From: Candidatus Aminicenantes bacterium
GTDB lineage: Bacteria > Acidobacteriota > Aminicenantia > Aminicenantales > UBA8522
Direction: 5' to 3'
Assembly (NCBI GenBank): GCA_017886205.1
Contig: JAFNEO010000013.1
Coordinates: 25,997 to 89,996, forward strand
Length of the DNA stretch: 64,000 bases
The translations under genes and the position numbers were made by a program. Of the stretch, positions 27,794 through 36,740 are shown in pieces (positions within the stretch are counted from its first letter, which is position 1; each line of letters opens with the position of its first letter). The notes under the pieces were generated by a model, which was not told where the DNA came from, ran no database searches, and saw nothing but the letters and a program-made list of their open reading frames with translations.

Positions 27794-28218
27794 AACACGA
27801 GCGCGATGTCGAGGAGCTTCTGAAACGCTTCTCGCCCAGGCCTGCGCCTCTCGGTCTCAAAGAACTGACCATCCAGGCGGCCGGGCAAAAAATCAGAGAG
27901 AGCCGCTTATTGACCCCGGGCTGGAGATGGATTTTTGCCACAAGCCTAGTTCTGCTTGCCTTTTCCGCATTGGCCGACTGGCAAATTTCTGCCCTCGAGC
28001 AGAATCGCCTGAGTGCTCTCTTGGACCTGCCTGGGGAGAAAGCTCTCTCGCCGGAGAAACAAGCGGACAAGGAAGCGGCCGAATTGTTAGCCAATCTTCC
28101 AGATTTGGATGCGGCCTCCAAAAAGCTCTTGCGCCGGGCCTTCTTGGACGAAGAAAGAGCGGCTACCCAATCTGGACAGTCTGCCCGACGCTTCACGGAG
28201 GGGATCCATGAATATTAA
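27790..28218 (+). CDS. putative single-pass anti-sigma factor
   Basis: ATGA overlap with the sigma gene. One central TM helix (WRWIFATSLVLLAFSALADW). No recognisable zinc-binding anti-sigma motif, so the call rests on position and topology only. Confidence 0.45.
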   Translation: MKHERDVEELLKRFSPRPAPLGLKELTIQAAGQKIRESRLLTPGWRWIFATSLVLLAFSALADWQISALEQNRLSALLDLPGEKALSPEKQADKEAAELLANLPDLDAASKKLLRRAFLDEERAATQSGQSARRFTEGIHEY

Positions 28219-29539
28219 AGCCAAAAAGGTGCTGGTCCGAATCGGCCTCGTTCTGTTCGTCATCATCGTCCTGGCACTTGGAGTCCGGGCCGTTTTCAAT
28301 TTCACAACCGGAAGAAAACTCCAGGCCTATCTGGAGAAGGCAAAATCCGAGGGCGTGGTCATAAGCCTGAAGGACCTCGCTCCCGGTTGCGATGAATCCG
28401 ACAATGCCGCCCTGTTGTGGAAGGCCGCAGAAGCTCTTTTCATCACCCCAGATGCTGAAGGCAAAACCCTGATCAACCAGACAATTGAAAGCTTCTTCTA
28501 TAGCCGGCCTCTCCAGGAGGAATCTCGGCTGAAGCTGGCCCCGCTCATTGAGAAAAACCGTAAAGTCTTCGAGCTTATCGTCGAAGCAGCCGGCCGGCCC
28601 TGCTTTCGATATGGCGAAGGAAAAAAGAGGCCCTATTTCATCGAGCCATCTAATGCGGTCAAGATGATTCTCGCGACCAGGCTTCTTGGAATCAATACGG
28701 TACTTCGGGCCGAGGCGGGACAAGTGCCGGCAGCCTTGGACGAGCTGCGTCAAGGCATGCAGTTTATCAGGAGGACCATAGACGAGCCATTCGTGATCAA
28801 CAACCTTGTCGCCTTATCTAACATGAAATCTCTTCTCTACTGCTTCGGTCAGATCAGCAAGGAAAGAGAAATGGATTTGGCGATTCTGTCGGCCTGGATT
28901 AAAGAACTGGATACCGAAGCCTGGCGGACAAAATTCTGGCGGTGCGTTGAGACGGAAAGGGCTCTTTCCCTTGAGACGGGCTTGGGTATGGTGAATGGAG
29001 ATAAGGACATCCTTAGGGCCGAGGCCGGGGGCCATAGACTCTTCTACTGGCTGATCAGGCCCATCCAAAAACTACAGATAATCTGGGTACAAGACCAGTT
29101 CATGGAGTCGAAGAAGATTGCCAGTATGCCTTATTATCTTATCAAGGCACTGACCAAAGAAAAACAATATATGCGGGAATCGGCACCTTGGTACTTCAGA
29201 TTGTCTGGCCTTCTTCTTCCAGAGTTCCAGAGCGTTTTTCTGAAAGAGGCAACTTGGGAAGCTATGATGCTGACGACAAAGGCGGGCCTGGCCTGCAAGA
29301 TTCATAAAAATCAAACGGGTCATTATCCGGAGAACCTCGACGTCCTTGTCCCGGGCATCCTGGATGAAGCACCGATCGACCCGTTTACCGGAAAGCCGCT
29401 CCTCTACAGTCTCCAGGATGGCGGCGTGCTTATCTATAGCGTCGGCTCTAACGAAAAGGACGACCAAGGCCGCGGAACCTACCAAATCACTCAGCTGGTC
29501 ATGGAAAAAGACGACGACTGGGCGTGGAAAGAAAAATAG
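28208..29539 (+). CDS. membrane-anchored hypothetical protein (alpha-helical ectodomain, pseudopilin-like C-terminal segment)
   Basis: ATG 28208 overlaps the upstream gene by 11 nt. N-terminal TM helix VLVRIGLVLFVIIVLALGV. The C-terminal GHYPENLDVLVPGILDEAPIDPFTGKPLLYS...GGVLIYSVGSNEKDDQG resembles the tail of GspG-type pseudopilins. I do not recognise a named family. Confidence 0.55.
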   Translation: MNIKAKKVLVRIGLVLFVIIVLALGVRAVFNFTTGRKLQAYLEKAKSEGVVISLKDLAPGCDESDNAALLWKAAEALFITPDAEGKTLINQTIESFFYSRPLQEESRLKLAPLIEKNRKVFELIVEAAGRPCFRYGEGKKRPYFIEPSNAVKMILATRLLGINTVLRAEAGQVPAALDELRQGMQFIRRTIDEPFVINNLVALSNMKSLLYCFGQISKEREMDLAILSAWIKELDTEAWRTKFWRCVETERALSLETGLGMVNGDKDILRAEAGGHRLFYWLIRPIQKLQIIWVQDQFMESKKIASMPYYLIKALTKEKQYMRESAPWYFRLSGLLLPEFQSVFLKEATWEAMMLTTKAGLACKIHKNQTGHYPENLDVLVPGILDEAPIDPFTGKPLLYSLQDGGVLIYSVGSNEKDDQGRGTYQITQLVMEKDDDWAWKEK

Positions 29540-29583
29540 TGGAGACGAAATATCTGAGAGTCCCCCATATTTGTGAGGATGGT

Positions 29584-30768
29584 TTGAATAAGGTCCATAA
29601 GTCCGCATTTCGGCTTGTGCTCGTAGCTTCAAGCATATGGTTTTTCAGCCAGATTCAGATTCCCCTTCCCGCCCAAACACCGGCTCCGGAGATCATCGAG
29701 AATCCTGAGCAACCAAAATATTCGGGAAAAGATGCGCCAGAACTGATTTTCAAACAGGAATTATCAATCCCGCTCGAGGGCCGGCGTTACTCTTTTGATG
29801 TGGATGATGCGGGAAACATCTATCTTCTCGATACGAGAGCAGCTAGGATTGCTATATATGACAAGTCTGGAAAACCGTTGATCACGTTCGGGAAGAAAGG
29901 TCAGGGGCCGGGCGAGTTTGAAAGTCCGGCTTATCTCGCACTCTCTGGAGAAAATAATATCCATGTTATCGACCGTCCCAGGAGGCCTGTCCAGGTTTTC
30001 GATAGCCGCGGGAGCTGGTTGGAGCAGTGGCAGCCCTCCTCCATCGGGCGGATGATGAGCAGCCTGGCGTTTGACTCGTCCGGATCGGTTTATATCCAGG
30101 ACTCCCTAAACCTGGTCGCCCTGCAGGATAAAGAACGGATCAGGCGTGGGGTTGCCGCCCTCGGCCGCCTGTCAAAATTCAACAGCCGGTTCGAAAAAAC
30201 CGGGGAGATCGAAACATGGGATAACCGTTTCATGAAAAGAGGGTCGGGGGAGGCGACTGTGCTCCTCTATCACGACCTTTTTTACTATCAGCTTGATCGA
30301 AATAATAACCTCTATTATGGAGATTCGGCCCGGGATGAGATCCGTCAGATGTCATCTGACGGACGAGTAAATAGGGTGATCCGAAAGAGAGCGATGCGGA
30401 TTCGCACTGCGCCGAGAGACCGGACGCGCATGCTCGAAGAGAATCCCAACCTAAAAGATGCCATCATGGCAGGGACAAAACCTTTCTTCCTGGATTTTCA
30501 TGTCTTGGACAAGATTGGGCTGTTGGTCGGCACCTATGAAGATGAATGGAACGCCGAGGGAGTCATTGTTTGCGATCTATTCGACAGGGATGGAGTCTAT
30601 GTCGCCAAAGTCAAGATCCCTCGTTATTACACGAGGGACCACGATATCATAAGCGAACAACGAAATCGCCTCTTTAAGAACGGGTATTGCTATTCGATTA
30701 TCTATAATACAAAAGCGGACGGCCTGGAGCTTGTGAAGCATTCATTTGAGCTGAAGTGGCCTAACTGA
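29584..30768 (+). CDS. secreted 6-bladed beta-propeller (NHL-like) protein
   Basis: Preferred start is TTG 29584, with a GAGGA Shine-Dalgarno 4 nt upstream, giving the signal peptide (M)NKVHKSAFRLVLVASSIWFFSQ. The track start GTG 29524 is also possible. Repeats of the type DDAGNIYLLD...FGKKGQGPGEFESPAYLAL. Confidence 0.6.
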   Translation: MNKVHKSAFRLVLVASSIWFFSQIQIPLPAQTPAPEIIENPEQPKYSGKDAPELIFKQELSIPLEGRRYSFDVDDAGNIYLLDTRAARIAIYDKSGKPLITFGKKGQGPGEFESPAYLALSGENNIHVIDRPRRPVQVFDSRGSWLEQWQPSSIGRMMSSLAFDSSGSVYIQDSLNLVALQDKERIRRGVAALGRLSKFNSRFEKTGEIETWDNRFMKRGSGEATVLLYHDLFYYQLDRNNNLYYGDSARDEIRQMSSDGRVNRVIRKRAMRIRTAPRDRTRMLEENPNLKDAIMAGTKPFFLDFHVLDKIGLLVGTYEDEWNAEGVIVCDLFDRDGVYVAKVKIPRYYTRDHDIISEQRNRLFKNGYCYSIIYNTKADGLELVKHSFELKWPN

Positions 30769-30944
30769 AAGCCGATCGAGCCGTCAACAAACGCGAGCGA
30801 CAAGCGGGCGCTCTTTCAAACGCAATTCTTTGGGGTGATGAGTCTCCGGCGAGCCCGGCAAAGGGTGGTACCCTGGGGAACGTCCGCCAGCTTATTTATT
30901 ATGGCTGAGTGTTATTGCAAATCTTCAGGAAAGCACAGAAAATA

Positions 30945-30997
30945 GGAAATTGATATGGTGTCCCCGATTTCTAATTGGTGACACCATATCAATCTCC
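30945..30997. repeat. 18-bp inverted repeat GGAAATTGATATGGTGTC - 17 nt - GACACCATATCAATCTCC
   Basis: Read directly from the sequence; 17 of 18 arm positions pair. The left arm is identical to 41337-41354. Confidence 0.65.
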
Positions 30998-31018
30998 TAT
31001 TTTATGGAGGGCTGGCCG

Positions 31019-32884
31019 ATGAAATGGAAAAATCGCATCTCGCCTAGGACGGCTCCTATTCGCGCTTTCTTTTGCCTCATTCTTCTATTATCAGCAGCCG
31101 GATATCTTTCTTTGTCTGCCGGGGAAGTCCGAAAGCCAACCGTCATCAAGGATGTGCAAGTCTTCGATGGGGAAACGGTCTTGGCCCGGGCGACCGTGGT
31201 TATCGAAGGCGGCAAGATCACCGCCGTCGGAGAGAAGGTCAATATCCCGCCCGACGCGGAAGTCATAGACGGCGCGGGAAAGACCCTCCTCCCCGGCCTG
31301 ATCGATGCCCACGTCCATGTCTGGGATACGGCCCAGCTACGGCAGTCGCTCGTTTTCGGCGTGACAGCGGTCATCGACATGTTCACCACTAACCTCAGAG
31401 CCCTTAAGGATAGCCAAAAAGCTCAAGAGGAGGGTGGCGGCGCTGACGTAGCGCACTTCACATCGCCGGGTAACTGCGTGACCGCGCCCGGCGGCCACGG
31501 CACTCAGTTTGGACCAGGTATACCCACGATCTCCGGGCCGGAGCAGGCGCAGGAATTCGTCGACGCCCGGACCGCCGAGGGCTCGGATTTCATCAAGATC
31601 ATGCTGGACGACGGGAGCGTCTACGGAATGCCCCGGCCGACGATCTCGAACGAAACGATGGCGGCGGTCATCGGGGCGGCGCATCAGAGGAACAAGCTGG
31701 CCGTTATCCACGCGGCTACGCTTCAGAACTGCGAGGACGCGCTCAACGCCGGTGTGGACGGGTTGGCTCACCTCTATTTCAATGACGCCTATGATCCGAA
31801 TTTCGGCCGACTCGTCGCCCAAAAAAGAGCCTTCGTCATCCCGACGTTCAGTGTGCTCCAGACTTTGGCCGGGATACACGAGGCGACAGTCCTGACTACG
31901 GATGCCTTGATATCGCCTTACCTCAAGCCCTTTGATATCCAAAACCTCGAGCGGAGCTACCCATTCAAGGGTAATGATGCCAACTACAGGGCGGCCGAGA
32001 GGGCCCTGTCCCAGCTTAAAGAGGCCGGGGTTCCCATACTGGCGGGGACGGACGCACCTAACCCGGGCACAACCTTCGGCGCCAGCCTCCACCGTGAGCT
32101 CGAGCTTCTCGTCCGCGCCGGGCTGACGCCGGTCGAGGCGCTGCGGGCCGCGACCTCCGTGCCCACAGCCAAATTCAACCTGGAAGGACACGGACGCATC
32201 CAGCCGGGGATGGACGGCGACCTCGTGCTTGTCAATGGCGATCCCACGCGGGATATCAAGGCCACGCGTGATATCGTGTCCATTTGGAAGGGCGGCCGGC
32301 TGGTGGATCGCGCCAGGTATTTAGAAGAGGCAAAAAAGGATAGGGAGACAGCTGCGGCGGCGCCCACAGCGCAGATCCCCGAATATGGAGACTCCGGGTT
32401 GATCAGTGATTTCGAGGGCAAAAGCATAGAGGCGAAGTTCGGAGCCGGGTGGATGATTTCCACAGACGCCTTCATGGGTGGAAAATCCAAGGCCGATATG
32501 AAGTTCGTGCCGGGCGGCGCTCAGGGAAGCTCGAAATCTCTCTCCGTAACCGGGACGGTTGTCCCGGGAACCGCTTTGAACTGGGCCGGTGTCATGTTCA
32601 TGCCGGGACCGACGATGATGGCGCCCGCGGACCTTTCGGCCAAGAAATCCATCAGTTTCTGGGCGGAGGGAGACGGAAAAAAGTATGCCTGCATGATTTT
32701 CGCCCAGAGCCTCGGCTGGACTCCGGCCGGCCAGGATTTCACGGCGGACCCGGAGTGGAGAGAATACACGTTCACCTTCGAAAGCTTCCGGCTCAAGGGA
32801 AATGATGTCATGGGGATCTTCATTGGCGCTTCGGGGGAGTCCGGTGATTTTGCGCTGCAGATTGACGACGTGCGCCTGAAATAA
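31019..32884 (+). CDS. secreted metal-dependent amidohydrolase with C-terminal CIA30/carbohydrate-binding-like domain
   Basis: Start re-placed at ATG 31019 (signal peptide MKWKNRISPRTAPIRAFFCLILLLSAAG). LLPGLIDAHVHV HxH metal motif, plus GTDAPNPG and DLVLVNGDP. The last ~170 aa form a beta-rich module ending in FALQIDDVRLK. Confidence 0.8.
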   Translation: MKWKNRISPRTAPIRAFFCLILLLSAAGYLSLSAGEVRKPTVIKDVQVFDGETVLARATVVIEGGKITAVGEKVNIPPDAEVIDGAGKTLLPGLIDAHVHVWDTAQLRQSLVFGVTAVIDMFTTNLRALKDSQKAQEEGGGADVAHFTSPGNCVTAPGGHGTQFGPGIPTISGPEQAQEFVDARTAEGSDFIKIMLDDGSVYGMPRPTISNETMAAVIGAAHQRNKLAVIHAATLQNCEDALNAGVDGLAHLYFNDAYDPNFGRLVAQKRAFVIPTFSVLQTLAGIHEATVLTTDALISPYLKPFDIQNLERSYPFKGNDANYRAAERALSQLKEAGVPILAGTDAPNPGTTFGASLHRELELLVRAGLTPVEALRAATSVPTAKFNLEGHGRIQPGMDGDLVLVNGDPTRDIKATRDIVSIWKGGRLVDRARYLEEAKKDRETAAAAPTAQIPEYGDSGLISDFEGKSIEAKFGAGWMISTDAFMGGKSKADMKFVPGGAQGSSKSLSVTGTVVPGTALNWAGVMFMPGPTMMAPADLSAKKSISFWAEGDGKKYACMIFAQSLGWTPAGQDFTADPEWREYTFTFESFRLKGNDVMGIFIGASGESGDFALQIDDVRLK

Positions 32885-32926
32885 CGAAAATGGGGACGGT
32901 CCTATTTTTTTAGGAAGGAGGTAGGT

Positions 32927-33118
32927 ATGCCGCTCATCGAAGTCCACCTGCTGGAGGGGCGAACGGATGAACAGAAGGAAAAACTCCTAGCGGCGATCAC
33001 CAAGGCCGTGCAGGAATCGATCGGAGCGCCTTTGCCGTCCATCCGCGTCTGGATCCAGGAGTTCTCTCCCAAAGAATATATGGTGGCGGGAGAACTGGCC
33101 GCCCTCCGGAAGGGCTGA
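32927..33118 (+). CDS. 4-oxalocrotonate tautomerase family protein (63 aa), copy 2
   Basis: 58 of 63 residues are identical to copy 1. Aligning the two 192-nt genes by eye gives about a dozen nucleotide mismatches, mostly in the last 30 nt. Confidence 0.8.
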   Translation: MPLIEVHLLEGRTDEQKEKLLAAITKAVQESIGAPLPSIRVWIQEFSPKEYMVAGELAALRKG

Positions 33119-33236
33119 AAGATTCGGGGGACGCGAAGCGGTTTCCCCTCTGAGTTGATGAGTTGACTCGGACTTTTTCCATAGTATATAAATTGATACA
33201 GTGGCCAAATTTTGCGGAGAAGAGGATTAAATTCCG

Positions 33237-34730
33237 TTGCCTTCGATCTTAGGCTTCAAACACATTTTTCTCAGGATAGAAACCCTTTTTAAGAAAAAAC
33301 AGGCAAAAGGTGTTCTCCTTTGCCTTCTTATCGCCCTCCTTTTTCTCAAAATGAGCAACGAGAATGTTTTTCGAAGATTCCTTAGCAATCGAGAGTTTAG
33401 CGGAGACGAAAACAAATACATGCGCATGGTACAATCTCTCGCCGCAGATGGGGACCTTGATCTTTCTAATCTCTGGTATGAAAAAAAAGAAATGAAGGCG
33501 GTATGGGAAAAAATACTCTCATCTGGAAGCCGAAAATTTGCCGACCTCTATTTCCTGGCGATTGACGGCGGAATTTATGCTCTCCATATGCCCGGTGTTG
33601 CTTTTCTTATTCTTCCCGCCTATAAACTTGATTCTGTCGTTTTTCCTAACGTCCAAAAAAGATCCCCGGCCAGCCTTCCCTTTCTCCCCAGGAAACTCCT
33701 TTTTACCCTCCTTTTGCTTGCGACATTGGCAGTCCTGAATTTCGCTCTTTTTTTCCGATTGGCCAACCACGTCTTCAATTCTCCGTTCTTGGTAATGATT
33801 ATTTTCTTCTTTCTCATCTATAATTCTCCCTTTCCCCATTATTCATTCACAGTGTTTCCAGATTGTTCAGCCACTTTGTTTTTTTTATTGGCCTTGAATT
33901 GCATCCTTTTCCCGTTCCGTTCAAGGAATATAAACGACTGTCTGCTCGTTCTCGGGATAGCATTGATCCCCTGGCTGCATCAGAGGTTTATTCCCCTCTC
34001 TGGAGGGCTTTTTTTGGCCTTTCTCATAAACCATAAGAGATCGGGAACTCCTCGGAGACGACTTCTTCTTGTTGCTCTTGTGCTTGTTGTCTTAAGTTTA
34101 CCTTATTTCTATTATTTCTATTCTCTCACAGGAAATTTCTCCCCTCTCAGCACTTCAAAATTTTTTGGCAGAGTTCATCTTTCCACTCGAGTTATCCCCA
34201 TCGGTTTTTTCGGGCTTCTTTTCTCCCCAAGTCAAGGGGGCATTTGGAAATACCCTTGGATTATGTTTTTCTTTTTCGGAATTTACTGGGCAATTAAGAA
34301 AGATAATAAGCTGACCTTAGGCCTCCTTCTGCCGGCATTTCTGTACTATTTAGTCTGTGCTGCCAGCACAACCCTAGGAGGAGGCGGCTCTCCGGCGGGT
34401 CGATTTCTGCTGCCATTAATCCCAATTTTATTAATATTTGTCGGAGTTGTTCTTCAAGATCTCTCTAAGCAGTTCTCATATCCGAAGTTGGCTTATTACA
34501 TCATCTTCATCTCCCTGTTTTTCTTTGGCAAAAGGATGCTCTATCTTCACTTTGCTGACCGGTATGTGCAGCCGCCTTACAGCACCATCTCAATCACAGA
34601 GCCTTTTGATCTTGGCTGGATCATCGAAAGCACGGCCATCATCTTAGTGCCTTTTTTATCTATTTTCCTAAGCGACAAATTTCTCTTCGCTAAGAAAAGA
34701 GTCTTGGACAAAAAGCAAAGCGGCGCATGA
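33237..34730 (+). CDS. polytopic GT-C-like membrane protein (putative glycosyltransferase, PMT/ArnT-like)
   Basis: More than 10 hydrophobic helices. The first loop, SGDENKYMRMVQSLAADGDLDLSNLWY, resembles the DExxY...DGDLDLxN block of uncharacterised GT-C-type membrane proteins. Very AT-rich codons. TTG start as given in the track; the start is uncertain. Confidence 0.55.
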   Translation: MPSILGFKHIFLRIETLFKKKQAKGVLLCLLIALLFLKMSNENVFRRFLSNREFSGDENKYMRMVQSLAADGDLDLSNLWYEKKEMKAVWEKILSSGSRKFADLYFLAIDGGIYALHMPGVAFLILPAYKLDSVVFPNVQKRSPASLPFLPRKLLFTLLLLATLAVLNFALFFRLANHVFNSPFLVMIIFFFLIYNSPFPHYSFTVFPDCSATLFFLLALNCILFPFRSRNINDCLLVLGIALIPWLHQRFIPLSGGLFLAFLINHKRSGTPRRRLLLVALVLVVLSLPYFYYFYSLTGNFSPLSTSKFFGRVHLSTRVIPIGFFGLLFSPSQGGIWKYPWIMFFFFGIYWAIKKDNKLTLGLLLPAFLYYLVCAASTTLGGGGSPAGRFLLPLIPILLIFVGVVLQDLSKQFSYPKLAYYIIFISLFFFGKRMLYLHFADRYVQPPYSTISITEPFDLGWIIESTAIILVPFLSIFLSDKFLFAKKRVLDKKQSGA

Positions 34731-34852
34731 CCTGTCGAGAAATTCTTTGTCTTCGTTCGGCGACGGCCCGAACCCCGAGTTTATTCCGCCGAAAGCCTGG
34801 TTTAGGTCAGAGGAAAGGCCGCGACTGGGGAGACAGATAGGGGGATGTCCCC

Positions 34853-36361
34853 CTATTTGATTTTAACGGCCTTGCGTTGGTTTTCTCCCCGTCTCCAGGT
34901 CAAGCCCGTCACCCGGCCTTGGGCATTCTTGGCGAAGGTGAGGGTCACGTCGGTTTCCGTGGAGAAGAACGACAGCGCCGATTCGGGGAAAAATACGCAA
35001 CTCGCCTTGCCATCCGGCGGGACAAAGACGGGATCAGCGAAGAGGCATCCATTCCCGACCGTAATCTTAATCCTGTCCACGGGTGTAAACTGATAGGTGC
35101 CGGCGAGTGCTTCGAGCTCGCTCGCCCCGACCGCCGCCGCCTCCTTTTCCACGGGTTTGAAGTCCGGCCAGCCGTACTCGGCTGAGAGGCTGCGCAGGAT
35201 CTCGGACATGAGATCGCCGCCGAGGTCGCTGTTTGTCATGATGACGGCACCCTGTCCTCGCATCGGATAAGCTATCATAAAGCAGCGGAAACCTTCGTTC
35301 CCCCCGCTGTGCGAGAACTGGAGGTCCTGCCCGCTCCCCTTGACGAAAAGTCCCAGGCCCGCGCCCTCCTTGACGGGGGTGAGCATAAGCTCCACCATGA
35401 CTTGGGAAAGGATGCGGTCGGACTTTCCCTCCTTCGCCAGCATGATCTCGCGGGCAAAGAGCGCGAGGTCGGTCGGAGTCGTCCACAGCCCGGCCGCCGC
35501 CATCTCAGGATAGGTGTGCCATTTGCCCGGCAGGACGCTGCCGTCAGGACGATGACCGGAGGCCGCCCGGCCAGCCAGGGCCGGAGGCAGGGGCTGCTCA
35601 TAGGTGCTCTGGCTCATGTCGAGCTTGATGAGCACCGCGTCGCGCACGATATAGGGAAAGGGCCTCCCCAGGACCTCGATGAGGAGCTGCTGCAGGATGG
35701 TATACCCGCCGCCTGCGTACCGGAAACGGGAACCGATCTCAATGTCCACCTTGATAGGCGGTGTGTTGGCCGGTTTAACGCCGTCGAGAATCTGCTTGAG
35801 CGACGGCAGCTCCTTCCCCTCTGCATAACCGGGGAAGCCGGAGACGGTGACACCCGCCGTATGACTCAACAGCTCACGGAGTGTGACTTTCCCCTTTCTG
35901 GTCCACGCGTTCTCCGGGACTCTCCAGGAGCGCAGCCGCGAATTGACGTCCTCATAGAGGCCGAGGAGGCCACTCTCGACGTAATAGAGTGCGGTCGCGG
36001 CGGCCACCGGTTTGCTTATAGAAGCCGCCTGGAACAGAGTCTCGGGCGTCACGGGGCTAGTTCCCCCGGATTCCCTGACACCATATCCTTCTTCCCACTC
36101 GAGATCATAGCCGTTAATGACCGCGATGCTCACGCCGGGGACCCGGCAGACTTTCATCCGCTCCACCAGGCCCGCCTTTCCAGAGGGCTGCCCCTTGACA
36201 ACGATCCCCGGGTTTGGAATCAGGCCGTTCTCGACCCTCTGGATGCGGGCTCCCAGCTCCTGGGCGATCTCGGATGTCGCGGCCAGGGCGTGAGCTGGAG
36301 CCAGAATGAAAGATAGAAGAACCAAGCAAACAAAGGCTTGTGTTTTCCTCATCGTCGGCAT
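34853..36361 (-). CDS. secreted serine hydrolase, beta-lactamase (class C / DD-peptidase-like) family with extra C-terminal domain
   Basis: Signal peptide ...LAPAHALA. The SxxK motif is ASISKPV. YAGGGY and HSGGNEG blocks are present. Confidence 0.8.
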   Translation of the reverse strand: MPTMRKTQAFVCLVLLSFILAPAHALAATSEIAQELGARIQRVENGLIPNPGIVVKGQPSGKAGLVERMKVCRVPGVSIAVINGYDLEWEEGYGVRESGGTSPVTPETLFQAASISKPVAAATALYYVESGLLGLYEDVNSRLRSWRVPENAWTRKGKVTLRELLSHTAGVTVSGFPGYAEGKELPSLKQILDGVKPANTPPIKVDIEIGSRFRYAGGGYTILQQLLIEVLGRPFPYIVRDAVLIKLDMSQSTYEQPLPPALAGRAASGHRPDGSVLPGKWHTYPEMAAAGLWTTPTDLALFAREIMLAKEGKSDRILSQVMVELMLTPVKEGAGLGLFVKGSGQDLQFSHSGGNEGFRCFMIAYPMRGQGAVIMTNSDLGGDLMSEILRSLSAEYGWPDFKPVEKEAAAVGASELEALAGTYQFTPVDRIKITVGNGCLFADPVFVPPDGKASCVFFPESALSFFSTETDVTLTFAKNAQGRVTGLTWRRGENQRKAVKIK

Positions 36362-36687
36362 CTACTCTACGAAAAAGAAGGGTTATTGGCAACATCTTGT
36401 TATCGCGGTGATCACCGGGGAGTTTTATTTCGACAGCTGGGAGTCATACTTTTTTTCTTTAGGCTACGAGAACGGGTGGAAGGGCGCCAGTCCCCGCAAC
36501 GCCCTGAGCGGAAGATTGCGGAGACACTTTTTATGAATTTGTATGTAGTGCATTAATCCCCCATTATCCCCCTTGGACAATCAAGGGGGAATAAGGTCAG
36601 TGTCTCCGTAGAGGTCGGACGGGGACGCGCCGTGACAGGACCCGTTCTCATTCCGGAAATTAAAATGAGTCTTATAGTTCTCTTTCG

Positions 36688-36716
36688 TTGACTTCGACCT
36701 CTCAGTGAATTATTCT
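36688..36716 (+). promoter_or_regulatory. sigma70-type promoter TTGACT-17-TATTCT upstream of the GH78-like gene
   Basis: TTGACT at 36688-36693, a 17-nt spacer, then TATTCT at 36711-36716. ATG at 36741 is preceded by GAAGG. Confidence 0.4.
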
Positions 36717-36740
36717 TTCTGCAATTCAGAGAAGGCTCCC

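Noticed and set aside
33481-34015. A8/T8/T7 homopolymers in the GT-C gene (and A8 at 9040-9047 in the PABS-like gene) as phase-variation switches.
   Set aside because: The tract lengths are borderline and are expected in AT-rich genes encoding Phe/Lys-rich proteins. There is no evidence of length heterogeneity from a single sequence.
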